A stretch of DNA of 34,775 nt from Gemmatimonadota bacterium (GTDB lineage Bacteria > Gemmatimonadota > Gemmatimonadetes > Palauibacterales > KS3-K002). The stretch's first letter is position 1. Each line of letters begins with the position of its first letter. The notes beneath the pieces were generated by a model. That model saw only the letters and a program-made list of their open reading frames with translations, was not told the DNA's origin and did not search any database. The DNA lies in contig JBDHHX010000001.1 in the NCBI GenBank assembly GCA_039589155.1, positions 1 to 34,775 of the forward strand, given 5' to 3'. A program made the translations under genes and the position numbers. Shown piece after piece: positions 1 through 8,158 of the stretch.

Positions 1-295
1 TGCCGTGGTACTTCACGCCGCCGGCCAAATCAAACCAGCCCAGGTCCAGCGTGTCCGCCGGATTCAGCAGGTTCACCAGACTGTCCTTCGTGCTGTCCCA
101 GTTGCCCCAGATCTCGTGGATTCCCGCCTCCGCAGCGTAGAACACCACACCGGATTCGTGCACCGCCTGCGACGAGCGTTGCTCGTCGCCACTGGTGATC
201 AGCGCCGCAACCGCCAGCGCCGTCATGATCACCAACCCGGACAGTATCACCGGCAGAATGAAACCACGTTCATTCAGCTCTTTATTCATGCTCAT
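1..295 (-). CDS. PilX_N-like minor pilin/pilus-assembly protein; only the N-terminal ~98 aa lie in the window
   Basis: Absent from the ORF track because it runs off the window edge. My minus-strand translation from the ATG at 295 reads MSMNKELNERGFILPVILSGLVIMTALAVAALITSGDEQRSSQAVHESGVVFYAAEAGIHEIW... This shows a short leader, one hydrophobic helix and the '..AAEAG..' segment typical of PilX N-terminal domains. It lies 41 nt downstream of the pilin-like gene on the same strand. Confidence 0.45.
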   Translation of the reverse strand, partial: MSMNKELNERGFILPVILSGLVIMTALAVAALITSGDEQRSSQAVHESGVVFYAAEAGIHEIWGNWDSTKDSLVNLLNPADTLDLGWFDLAGGVKYHG

Positions 296-336
296 TCGCT
301 CACACAGACCGTTTACGATACGGCGGGCCGCGATCG

Positions 337-1221
337 TCAACCTCTGACGGCGACGTTAATTCTCAACGAGTCGACCTGCGGCGTCGGGTTGCCGCCGACA
401 CGCCGCACATCGTTCAAACTCTCACCTCTAAAGAAGACTTCGACGCGTGCGATGTCCGCGATCACCGTGGTCGTGTCGCCCTGGGCATTGTAGTAGTTGA
501 AGACCATGCCGCTGTCCGCCGTCAACGGGCCTGTGAGCAGCTCCACATCGGCCACTACTCCCGAGCCTCGCACCAACCACGTACGCCCATCGATCACCCG
601 GGTGCCGTAGCGGATCCTGCGAAACGCTCGCACCTCCGACCCGACTTGCACGCCACTCAACAACTCGCCGCCCGCCGTGTCGACCGCGAGGGTCCACTCC
701 GGCGGCGTGGAATTCCAGGAGCAAGTAGGCAGATCGTCAATCGGCGTCAACGCGACAGCCTGCACCTTCGTCACCACCCAGCCCGAGCTTCCTGCACCTG
801 TATAGACCATCACGCTGTCGGCTAGCTCGTTGTCGAACACGCCGGAAGTCCCGTACAGTCCCAGCGCGCGGCCATTCATCGCTATACCGCAGACGATTCC
901 CGACGCTTTGGTGGATCGCACCGAGATCGAGTCCTCCCAGATCTGGTAGATGTCGCCATTGCTAGGCGACGACATCCGCAGCTCCACCGCCAGCAGCTCC
1001 GACGCCGCACGCAGGCTGGTCCGCACATCCATGATCTCGCGCTCTTTCGAGTAGAGACGCGTCTGCCCGATAAGCGCTTGGTAGACCGACCCGATGATGA
1101 TCACCCCGATGATCAGGTAGATGAGCACTTCGATGAGCGTGTACCCGCCCCTGCCGGTCAACCCGGCCCGTGCGCTTCCGCCAGTCTTTCCCCTCGCTCC
1201 GCTCATCTGTCCGGTTCCCAC
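337..1221 (-). CDS. Prepilin-type N-terminal cleavage/methylation domain protein (PilW-like minor pilin/pseudopilin)
   Basis: The N-terminus ...GRGG/YTLIEVLIYLIIGVIIIGSVYQAL matches the G|(F/Y)TLIE prepilin peptidase site followed by a hydrophobic helix. Position 1221 is a GTG start, and the ATG at 1206 (MSGARG...) is an alternative. Confidence 0.7.
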   Translation of the reverse strand: MGTGQMSGARGKTGGSARAGLTGRGGYTLIEVLIYLIIGVIIIGSVYQALIGQTRLYSKEREIMDVRTSLRAASELLAVELRMSSPSNGDIYQIWEDSISVRSTKASGIVCGIAMNGRALGLYGTSGVFDNELADSVMVYTGAGSSGWVVTKVQAVALTPIDDLPTCSWNSTPPEWTLAVDTAGGELLSGVQVGSEVRAFRRIRYGTRVIDGRTWLVRGSGVVADVELLTGPLTADSGMVFNYYNAQGDTTTVIADIARVEVFFRGESLNDVRRVGGNPTPQVDSLRINVAVRG

Positions 1222-1301
1222 CTGATTCCAGGGTCAGTCAAAGCGTCCGCCGGTCGTGGCAACAAGTCGGCCGCGGGCGGACTCCGACGCCGGCACCAAA
1301 A

Positions 1302-1318
1302 GGCAAAGCATGTGCCAA
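1302..1318 (-). promoter_or_regulatory. sigma54 (-24/-12) type promoter upstream of the pilin-like gene
   Basis: The minus strand reads TTGGCACatgctTTGCC. This is an exact TGGCAC-N5-TTGC match, about 80-95 nt upstream of the 1221/1206 start codons. Confidence 0.5.
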
Positions 1319-1414
1319 CTAGGAAAGATTTTTAGTGGCCTCTAAGCGTATGTAATCGAATCAGTTAAGAATCGTACGGCGGCCGACGTCGCGCCTGGAA
1401 CGAGTCCCGTTCGG

Positions 1415-4063
1415 TCATTCTGACTGGAATAGGCAGAATCTGGCCGATAGCAGTGCCAGCGCGGCCGACCAGGCCTGATCGGCGGTGACGCCTATGCTGC
1501 GGGGCTCTTCACCGTGGAGGACTTCGGGCCAGGCGCCAAGCGACCCGGCCGTCATTGCTCGTAGCGACAGCTCCGAGTGCCGGCGGGCGTCGCCGTGACG
1601 GCCGGCATGGGCCTCGGCGAGCGCGACCCAGCCGGTGAAGAGCGGCCAGACCGAGCCGGAGTGGTAACCGTCAGGCTGGTATTCGGGATCGGACCGTGGC
1701 ACCAACCGGACGCCCCATCCCGTTGTGAACTCCTCTGTGGCGACGCGATCGAGCCACGCCTCACATCGCTCGGGAAGCACCGCACCCAGCAGCAGGGGCA
1801 CCGCCGTCATGGCGGACTCTGATATGTTGAGCGAGCCGTCGGCGCGGCGGCCGTGGGCATAGCGACGCTCCAAGGGATCGAAGAAGGAGAGCTCGAGGCT
1901 GGCGCGGGCGGCGGCGGCTTGGAAGGCGAGCTCGTTTGCCAGCTCGTCGCGCCCGAGGCTGCGGGCCGCGACTTCCAGCTCGACCAGCGCCGCGGTCCAG
2001 ACGCCGGCCAGATAGAGGGACACGTGGTGCTCACCCAGCCGCCCGAACTCGACCCACCCATGGCCCACGCCGGTGTTTTCTATCAGCCCATCGCCGTCGC
2101 TGTCGGTGCCCAGGCAGAACCGGTAGGCTTTCTCGATGCGCGGCCACTCGCGTTCCAGCGTCTCGCGATCGCCAGTCGCCGCCAGGTAGCGCGCCGCCAG
2201 CAATAGGTACAGCGGCGTTGAGTCGGCCGCGTCGTAGTTGACCACACCGCTGGTCGTGCACTCGTGGAGGATCTTGCCCGTAATATCCTGGTGAGACCCG
2301 AGAAACTCGACGACCTCACGGGCGGCGTCATGCTGGCCGACGGCCACGCAGGCCAGCGCGGTCCAGCAGGCGTCGCGGCCGAAGAACCAGGCGTAGCCGG
2401 GCCGCCCATCGCCGAATTCGCCCGGCCCGGAGCGGCCGTAGCCGGCGACCAGCGAAGCGCCGAGGCCCGGGACGTTCACCCGGTAGCTGGACAGCCGCCA
2501 TTTCGCCCATTCCACCGCTTCCGCGAGCTCGGGATCGTCCGCCTCGAGCCGGTACTGCTCCTCCCGCTGGATGCGGCGCCGGGCCAGCCTCTTCGCCGCC
2601 CAGTCCGAAGGATCGGCACGGGCTGGTGGATCCTCGTCCGCCGTAGCGCCCAGCAGCAGAATCTGCGTCGGGCCCGCCAGCTCCAGTTCGGCCCGAATCC
2701 GGATCCGCGAGCGCTCGCCGTCCGACGCGTCGGAGACCTTCAGCACCGCCGGCGCCGGGTCGATCCTCACCCCCAGCCACTCGCCGGTCTCCGCCTCGAT
2801 CCCCAGGGCACCGCCCTCGCACCGGTACGATAGCCGGCCGGCCGTGCCCGCCGGGTAGGGCCACGTCAGCCGCAGGTCGGACTCCAGTTCCCAGACCAGC
2901 CGCGCCGGCCCGGCGACCGGCGTCAGCTCGACCAGGACGGCGGCCTCATCAGGAGCCACCGTCGTCCGCTCATCCACAGCACGGCCACCCAGCTCGAGCC
3001 GCCGCGTCACGACGCCCGGCTCGATCCGGAAGTGCGCAGCAGGTTCGCTGCTGCCGACCCCATCTCCGGCCCCCGTAACCGATTCCGCCGCGCAACAACT
3101 CCAGCGGCTCACGGCGCGGAGCGGATGGAACCAGGCCTCCTCGTGACCCGTTCGTTCGCGCCCGGCCAGCAACGCTCGAGAGCCCGCCAGCGTGTACTCG
3201 GCATCGGTAGCGTCGCGCTCGAGCGAGATGTCTCCGCCGGTCTCGAAGGCGCCATCCGCATCGAACTCCGGAGGCAAGGCCACGGCGTCATCGGCGGACG
3301 CGCCCCTGGTGGTCGGCCGCCACGCTCCGCCCAGCAGGCGGGCTCGGCTGCCGTTGGGAGCCACGCGTTGCAGCGCGTTCCGCATCAGCCGTTCGAGTTG
3401 GGGCCTGAACCTCTGATCTTGCGCCGCGAAATGAACGTAGCCGCCGATACATAGCGCCCAGCCGTCGCCGATCACGTGCTCCCAGGCGAGCCGGCGCCCG
3501 GGGTTCATCGAGATATAGGACTTCTCCACGGCCACGACCCGGCCGCTGGCCGGCCAGGTCGAGCCGCTGTAGGCATAGCGCTCGAACGGCTCGTTCGGCT
3601 GCGGCGTCCACGTGTACGCGCCGCTGCCCAATCCATCGAATAGCGGGTGTCCTCGGAAGCTCTGCAGGCCGCGGATGCGATGGACTTCGCTGAATCCCTG
3701 CGCCAGCTCATCTCCGGCATCGTCTGACCAATCGCCCGACGTCACCTCGTCGGGGGCGCTCTCCTCCCAGCCGAGCTGGAACGGCACCATCGAGGCGGCG
3801 AGCGTGGCCAGCAGACCACCGCCGGCCCGGACGTGAGCGTCCAGCGCCAGGCGCGTTTCCTCGTCCAGCTCCGGCTGCGTCCCGTGCAGCCAGACCGTCG
3901 TTCGCTTTCCGTGAAGCGGTCCCGCCAGGTCAGAGAGAGCGACAGGTCGGACGTCGCTCCAGCTTTGCGCGTCGAGCCACGCCAACGCGGCGGCGTTCTC
4001 CTCCGAGAGGTCTCCGTCCGGCCGGACGAAGTGGACGGTCATTTCCAATGCCATGCCGGACAA
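1415..4063 (-). CDS. Amylo-alpha-1,6-glucosidase / glycogen-debranching-enzyme family (GDE_C six-hairpin) protein with a long N-terminal extension
   Basis: 882-aa ORF. The C-terminal half carries ...GYAWFFGRDACWTALA...HECTTSGVVNYDAADSTPLYLLLAARYLAATGD...SGSVWPLFTGW..., which is typical of bacterial/archaeal GDE_C enzymes. The N-terminal ~250 aa is unassigned (GATase1/ThuA-like impression only). Confidence 0.75.
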   Translation of the reverse strand: MSGMALEMTVHFVRPDGDLSEENAAALAWLDAQSWSDVRPVALSDLAGPLHGKRTTVWLHGTQPELDEETRLALDAHVRAGGGLLATLAASMVPFQLGWEESAPDEVTSGDWSDDAGDELAQGFSEVHRIRGLQSFRGHPLFDGLGSGAYTWTPQPNEPFERYAYSGSTWPASGRVVAVEKSYISMNPGRRLAWEHVIGDGWALCIGGYVHFAAQDQRFRPQLERLMRNALQRVAPNGSRARLLGGAWRPTTRGASADDAVALPPEFDADGAFETGGDISLERDATDAEYTLAGSRALLAGRERTGHEEAWFHPLRAVSRWSCCAAESVTGAGDGVGSSEPAAHFRIEPGVVTRRLELGGRAVDERTTVAPDEAAVLVELTPVAGPARLVWELESDLRLTWPYPAGTAGRLSYRCEGGALGIEAETGEWLGVRIDPAPAVLKVSDASDGERSRIRIRAELELAGPTQILLLGATADEDPPARADPSDWAAKRLARRRIQREEQYRLEADDPELAEAVEWAKWRLSSYRVNVPGLGASLVAGYGRSGPGEFGDGRPGYAWFFGRDACWTALACVAVGQHDAAREVVEFLGSHQDITGKILHECTTSGVVNYDAADSTPLYLLLAARYLAATGDRETLEREWPRIEKAYRFCLGTDSDGDGLIENTGVGHGWVEFGRLGEHHVSLYLAGVWTAALVELEVAARSLGRDELANELAFQAAAARASLELSFFDPLERRYAHGRRADGSLNISESAMTAVPLLLGAVLPERCEAWLDRVATEEFTTGWGVRLVPRSDPEYQPDGYHSGSVWPLFTGWVALAEAHAGRHGDARRHSELSLRAMTAGSLGAWPEVLHGEEPRSIGVTADQAWSAALALLSARFCLFQSE

Positions 4064-4070
4064 TCTACGT

Positions 4071-4104
4071 AAAACCCCGGAGCCGCGTTCCGCGACCCCG
4101 GGGT
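4071..4104 (-). terminator. Candidate intrinsic terminator after the DUF411 gene
   Basis: The minus strand reads ACCCCGG-GGTCGCGGAACGCGGCT-CCGGGGT followed by TTTTAC. The outer stem is 7 bp with an inner CGCG/CGCG stem. The element ends only ~8 nt before the ATG at 4063. Confidence 0.4.
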
Positions 4105-4129
4105 CTCTCCACTTCTTCGCCTTGCACTA

Positions 4130-4627
4130 CTAGCGGTGGCTGGCGTAGACCTCCGTGTTCCCTTCCTGATCGAAGGTCAAAACATCGTACGGCTGCACCC
4201 GACCATCCGGCGTCGCCATGCCCGGTGACCCGGCCGGCATGCCAGGTACCGTCAGACCGCTGATCGTTGGTCTCTCCTCCAGCATCCGCAGGATGTCGTC
4301 GGCGGGAACGTGGCCCTCCACCACGTAGCCATCGATCAACGCCGTGTGACAGCTGGCCAGCTCGCCGCTCACGCCGTTGCTACGCTTGAACGCGACAAGC
4401 TCCGCGTCGCTTACCTCCACCGGCGTAACCGCAAAACCGCTCTCGCGCAGGTGACCCACCCACGCCTCGCAACAGCCTCAAGTGGGGGTCTTGTAGACCG
4501 TGATCGTCAGAGCCGACGCCAGCACCTGCGGCTCGGCCTCCGACCCGTTCTTCTGCAGCGTGGACAAACCCACGCCTACGACCGCTCCGAATACGATCGC
4601 GCCAACCATGAATCCTTTCGGGCTCAT
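4130..4627 (-). CDS. copG: DUF411/CopG-family periplasmic metal(Cu)-binding protein interrupted by an in-frame TGA at 4478..4480 (candidate selenocysteine; alternatively a pseudogene or sequencing error)
   Basis: Track ORFs 4478..4723 and 4130..4459 are in the same frame. Read through, the sequence is MSPKGFMVGAIVFGAVVGVGL (signal/anchor)...TITVYKTPT-[TGA]-GCCEAWVGHLRESGF...SCHTALIDGYVVEGHVPADDI...GLTVPGMPAGSPGM. The DUF411 hallmarks (CGCC, SCHTA, EGHVP, PGMP.GSPGM) are all present except that TGA replaces the first Cys. The ATG at 4627 is preceded by GGAAGG. Confidence 0.6.
4445..4470 (-). promoter_or_regulatory. Candidate SECIS-like hairpin beginning 8 nt after the in-frame UGA
   Basis: The RNA reads GCGAGG-CGUGGGUGGGUCA-CCU(G)CGC. 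That gives a 6-bp stem with one bulged G and a G/U-rich apical region that can extend by UGG/UCA pairing. It was folded by eye only. Confidence 0.3.
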
Positions 4628-4729
4628 CGCACCTTCCGCCTTCCGAGGGGGCTCGTTTTGTGGACGCGCGAATCTCGCCCGATCGGACCGCTCACGCAAG
4701 TCCGGCTCGCCGAACGGGGGCACCGCCTC

Positions 4730-4758
4730 TTGCCGAAGAAAACCCGAAGATATATCTT
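4730..4758 (+). promoter_or_regulatory. Possible sigma70 promoter for the radical SAM gene, overlapped by a 12-bp perfect palindrome
   Basis: TTGCCG, a 17-nt spacer, then TATCTT. The palindrome AAGATATATCTT (4747..4758) covers the -10 element. Confidence 0.3.
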
Positions 4759-4806
4759 TTAGGCCCTGAATACTTGACCTTTCGGCCCCAACCCGAAGGA
4801 GCTCTC

Positions 4807-5862
4807 ATGAGGGCGTTACCCGTCCGCGGCCGCGGCGCCTCCTACAATCCCGCCAACCGGTTCGAGCCGATCGAGGTCGTGCGGGACCGCTGGGACGACC
4901 CCGACGACCCTGCGCCGCGGACCCAGCTGTTCCGCGATGACACCCGCACGATCATCGCGCGCAACGACAGTCCTGACCTGGGCTTCGACGCCAGCATCAA
5001 CCCGTACCGAGGTTGCGAAATCGGCTGCAGTTATTGTTACGCACGCACCTACCACGAGTATCTGGGCCTGTCGGCCGGCCTCGATTTCGAGACGAAGATC
5101 TTCGTGAAGGGTGACGCAGCAGAACTGCTGCGCGTGGAACTGTCTCGTCCCGGTTGGCGGCCGCAGGTGCTGGCGATCTGCGGCGTCACCGACGCGTATC
5201 AGCCGGCGGAGCGCCGGCTGGGTATCACGCGGCGCTGCCTGGAAGTACTGGCCGAGTACCGGAACCCGGTGGGCGTGATCACCAAGAACTACCTGGTGAC
5301 GCGGGACATCGATCATCTCGAGGAGCTGGCCCGCTACGATGCGGTGAGCGTGACTCTCTCGATCACGACGCTCGATCGCCGGCTGCAGCGGTTGATGGAA
5401 CCGCGGGCGTCATCGCCGGAACGGCGACTGGCCGCGATCGCGAAGCTGGCGGAGGCCGGCATACCCGTGAGCGTGAACCTGGCGCCTGTGATTCCCGGGC
5501 TGACCGACCACGAGATGCCGCGCATCCTCGAGGCGGCGCGGGAGGCCGGAGCGAGGGGCGCCGGCTACCTGATGCTGCGTCTGCCCATGGGAGTGAAAGC
5601 GCTGTTCAACGAGTGGTTGGAGGGCCACTACCCGGAGCGCAAAGACAAGGTGCTGAACCGTCTGCGATCGATGCGGAACGGCGGCCTGGACGACTCACGG
5701 TTCGGGGTGCGCTTCAGGGGCGAAGGTCCGTTCGCCGAGCAGGTCGCGGACATGTTCCGAGTGACGTGCCGGCGGTTGGGACTCAACCGTGACCGGTTCA
5801 TCCCCTCTGCTGCCGCCTTTCGCCGTCCCGTCCGTGGCGTTCAACTGCGGTTGTTCGACTGA
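4807..5862 (+). CDS. Radical SAM protein, PA0069/Rv2578c-like (SPL/'DNA repair photolyase'-like family)
   Basis: Contains the CEIGCSYCY (CxxxCxxC) motif. The N-terminus RGRGASYNPANRFEP is typical of the PA0069 family. The ATG at 4807 is preceded by AAGGAG, and the upstream part of the track ORF (4660..) is an extension. Confidence 0.85.
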   Translation: MRALPVRGRGASYNPANRFEPIEVVRDRWDDPDDPAPRTQLFRDDTRTIIARNDSPDLGFDASINPYRGCEIGCSYCYARTYHEYLGLSAGLDFETKIFVKGDAAELLRVELSRPGWRPQVLAICGVTDAYQPAERRLGITRRCLEVLAEYRNPVGVITKNYLVTRDIDHLEELARYDAVSVTLSITTLDRRLQRLMEPRASSPERRLAAIAKLAEAGIPVSVNLAPVIPGLTDHEMPRILEAAREAGARGAGYLMLRLPMGVKALFNEWLEGHYPERKDKVLNRLRSMRNGGLDDSRFGVRFRGEGPFAEQVADMFRVTCRRLGLNRDRFIPSAAAFRRPVRGVQLRLFD

Positions 5863-5872
5863 GGTCGAGAGC

Positions 5873-8158
5873 CTAGAGCTCGATCAGCACCTGCGTGCCA
5901 ATGGTCGACTCGACCCTAACCATACCATCGACGCTGACCTTGAATCGCTCGCCTTCGATCCCGATGTCGATCTTGTGGCCGCGGAAGGGCAGTCCCGTGA
6001 GCCGCAGCGACTCGAGCTCGAAGGGGAACGGGTCGACGACGAACGCGTCACCGCCGGCGGCCCGGAAGCCGGCGACGTAGCTCACGAGCAGGTCGTTCAC
6101 CCACGAGTGTTGATAGTCATCGAAGCCGCGGTACTGGCAGGGCTGACCTGTATCGGGGTTGTAGTGCTCGTAGCAGTTCGGTCGTGACGGGTCGCCGTCG
6201 TGGAACATCATGCGGACGAATTTGCGAACGAACTCCACGGTGCGCTCGCGCAGGCCCGGGTCGTGCTCGATCGCGCTCCGGGCGATCGCCTCGATCACGT
6301 GCGAGTTCGCCATCGGCCAGACGCGGCCGTTCCACGGGCAGTTGTGGCGCTTGCCCTTCCACTCGGCGTCGGGGCTGTAGTACGGATCGTCGGCGCTGGT
6401 CGAGGGCACCGGGTAGACGGTCCAGAACTCCGACGGGTTGAGCAGGTGTCCCCGCAGACCTTCGACCTGGTCGGGGCCGGCGAGGTCGGTGAAGAAGGGA
6501 TAGAAGCAGACCGCGGCCTTCACGCCGGTGCGCTGCATGGTCCGCGGATCGACATCGGAGAACATGCCCGACTCCGCATCCCACATCAGCCCGCTGATCG
6601 CGGAGCCGGTTCGATCGGCGGCGGCCGTCCACCGTGCGGCATCGGCCTCCGCGCCCGTGCTGGCCGCGATCTCGGCCAGCGCCCGCTGCAGGCGATAGGC
6701 ATAGACCGTGGCGTCCACGCCCTTCAGCCGGATCAGGTTGCCCCACGACTCGCTGTCCGCCTTGGGACTCACCGCCATGTAGCGGCTCATGTACTCCTGG
6801 CCGGTCTCGTAGTGATCGACTACATCGTAGAGCCCGCTGTCTTCTCGATCTCGCTCCCCGTCCAGCCACTCGGCGTAGCGCGTGAGCGGCTCGTACGCAG
6901 CCTTGAGGAAATCGAGATCGGGATGCACACAGTCGACGGCGAGAACGGCGTCGCCCCAGTTCGCGAAATAGAAGTCGGTACGCGCCAGGTGGTTCACGTA
7001 GATGCGTCCGTGCAGCTTCCCGCCTTCCTTCTGGTGCGCCAGGATGTTGAGCAGCGTACCGCGAGCGCGGGCCGGGTCGGAAAGCCAGCGTAGCTCACGA
7101 GCGTGGCACTGCGCGCTGTAGGCGATGGGCACGTGGAAGTAGCCCGTCCCCTCGCAGCAGCCGGGATAAAGATGATTGCCGGCCCCGCCTTCATGACCGC
7201 AGAGTTGAAGACCGTACCAGCGGTAGTACCAATAGCGCTCGAAGAAGACGTCGGAACAGGCGAAGCCCGGGACGCCCTGGAAGTACTCGTTCCAATGTGC
7301 GCGGCTCGCCATACCCGGCTCCGACCCGGGCGTCGGCCGCGCGATCTCCCGGCGGCCCGGCGGCGGCACGTGTTTCTGAATGTGATAGGCAGCGGCTTCC
7401 GTCGCTTGCGAGTCGCCCAGTCCTGTGGGCCGCACTTGCGCTCGCAGGCACAGCGTCGCGTCGCCGCCGGCCGGCACAGTCACCGGCGACGCGACCGCCA
7501 CGTAGAGCACGCCCCGGGGACTTACACCGGCCACCTGCACAGATGTGACCGGGCCGCGTCGCCACTTCTCCGGAAACGGTGTGTGCTCCCAAACCGGGCC
7601 GGCGATGGTGCCCTCCGACAGAAACGCGCTACCAGCCACACCGCCGTCCGGCGCTTCCAAGCTCACCTCCACGTTCAAGCGGTGGACGTGTCGGTCCTGG
7701 AGCATGTGATTGAAGCTCACCGTGCCTGCCGCCGCCTGCACGCTGGAAAGCTCGAGACCCGCGGTGCTTTGTGCGGTCCACGCCACACCCAGCAGCTTGC
7801 GAGCGGAGCCGCCGGCGTTGCGGATCCTCCACTCCGACATGAAATAGCCACCGGGCAACACGGAGCGGTGTTCGTCCGCCGACAGATCGTCATCCAGCGC
7901 GTAGGTCGTGACCAGCTCCGCCGGCGTCCAGCGCCTGCCGGTGGGCCGAGCGGCCAGCGGTTGACCGGGCGGGTCACCGTCCTCGCCCAGCAGCGTGACG
8001 GTGAAGATGGGGGCGAGCTCGTAGTGATAGACGTGCGCTTCGTCCCAGAAGCCGGGCGAATCGAGCCAGCGTGGGTAGCGGGGCGCCCAGATGATGCCGC
8101 CCCCCGAGCCCAGGTAGTACTTGTCGGATCGCTCGAGCAGCCGTAGCGGATCGGTCAT
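5873..8158 (-). CDS. Six-hairpin (alpha/alpha)6 glycoside hydrolase, GH63/GH37/MGH1-like
   Basis: The segment ...DHYETGQEYMS...CFYPFFTDLA...CPWNGRVWPMANSHVIEAI...CYEHYNPDTGQ... resembles trehalase/mannosylglycerate-hydrolase-type catalytic domains. The start MTDPLRLL at 8158 overlaps the upstream stop (ATGA). The remaining 206 codons of the 967-aa track ORF overlap the CBM9-like gene in another frame. Confidence 0.65.
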   Translation of the reverse strand: MTDPLRLLERSDKYYLGSGGGIIWAPRYPRWLDSPGFWDEAHVYHYELAPIFTVTLLGEDGDPPGQPLAARPTGRRWTPAELVTTYALDDDLSADEHRSVLPGGYFMSEWRIRNAGGSARKLLGVAWTAQSTAGLELSSVQAAAGTVSFNHMLQDRHVHRLNVEVSLEAPDGGVAGSAFLSEGTIAGPVWEHTPFPEKWRRGPVTSVQVAGVSPRGVLYVAVASPVTVPAGGDATLCLRAQVRPTGLGDSQATEAAAYHIQKHVPPPGRREIARPTPGSEPGMASRAHWNEYFQGVPGFACSDVFFERYWYYRWYGLQLCGHEGGAGNHLYPGCCEGTGYFHVPIAYSAQCHARELRWLSDPARARGTLLNILAHQKEGGKLHGRIYVNHLARTDFYFANWGDAVLAVDCVHPDLDFLKAAYEPLTRYAEWLDGERDREDSGLYDVVDHYETGQEYMSRYMAVSPKADSESWGNLIRLKGVDATVYAYRLQRALAEIAASTGAEADAARWTAAADRTGSAISGLMWDAESGMFSDVDPRTMQRTGVKAAVCFYPFFTDLAGPDQVEGLRGHLLNPSEFWTVYPVPSTSADDPYYSPDAEWKGKRHNCPWNGRVWPMANSHVIEAIARSAIEHDPGLRERTVEFVRKFVRMMFHDGDPSRPNCYEHYNPDTGQPCQYRGFDDYQHSWVNDLLVSYVAGFRAAGGDAFVVDPFPFELESLRLTGLPFRGHKIDIGIEGERFKVSVDGMVRVESTIGTQVLIEL

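Noticed and set aside
5-493. 162-aa plus-strand ORF at the left edge
   Set aside because: It is antisense to the PilX-like and pilin-like genes. It is Arg/His/Gln-rich with no motif, which is typical of a high-GC shadow ORF.
4478-4480. Alternative genetic code (TGA read as Trp or Gly) as the explanation for the in-frame TGA
   Set aside because: Many well-supported genes in this window terminate at TGA, including all the ATGA/GTGA coupled junctions. TGA is therefore a normal stop codon in this genome.
4774-4800. TTGACC followed by an imperfect dyad, reminiscent of a CueR/MerR-type copA promoter
   Set aside because: The ATG of the radical SAM gene follows immediately, leaving no room for a -10 element and transcription start. 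The dyad is better read as an mRNA hairpin over the RBS.
6200-8146. Two long plus-strand ORFs (297 and 347 aa)
   Set aside because: Both lie entirely antisense to the well-supported six-hairpin glycosidase gene. Their composition is Arg/Ala/Pro/Gly-rich and low in complexity.
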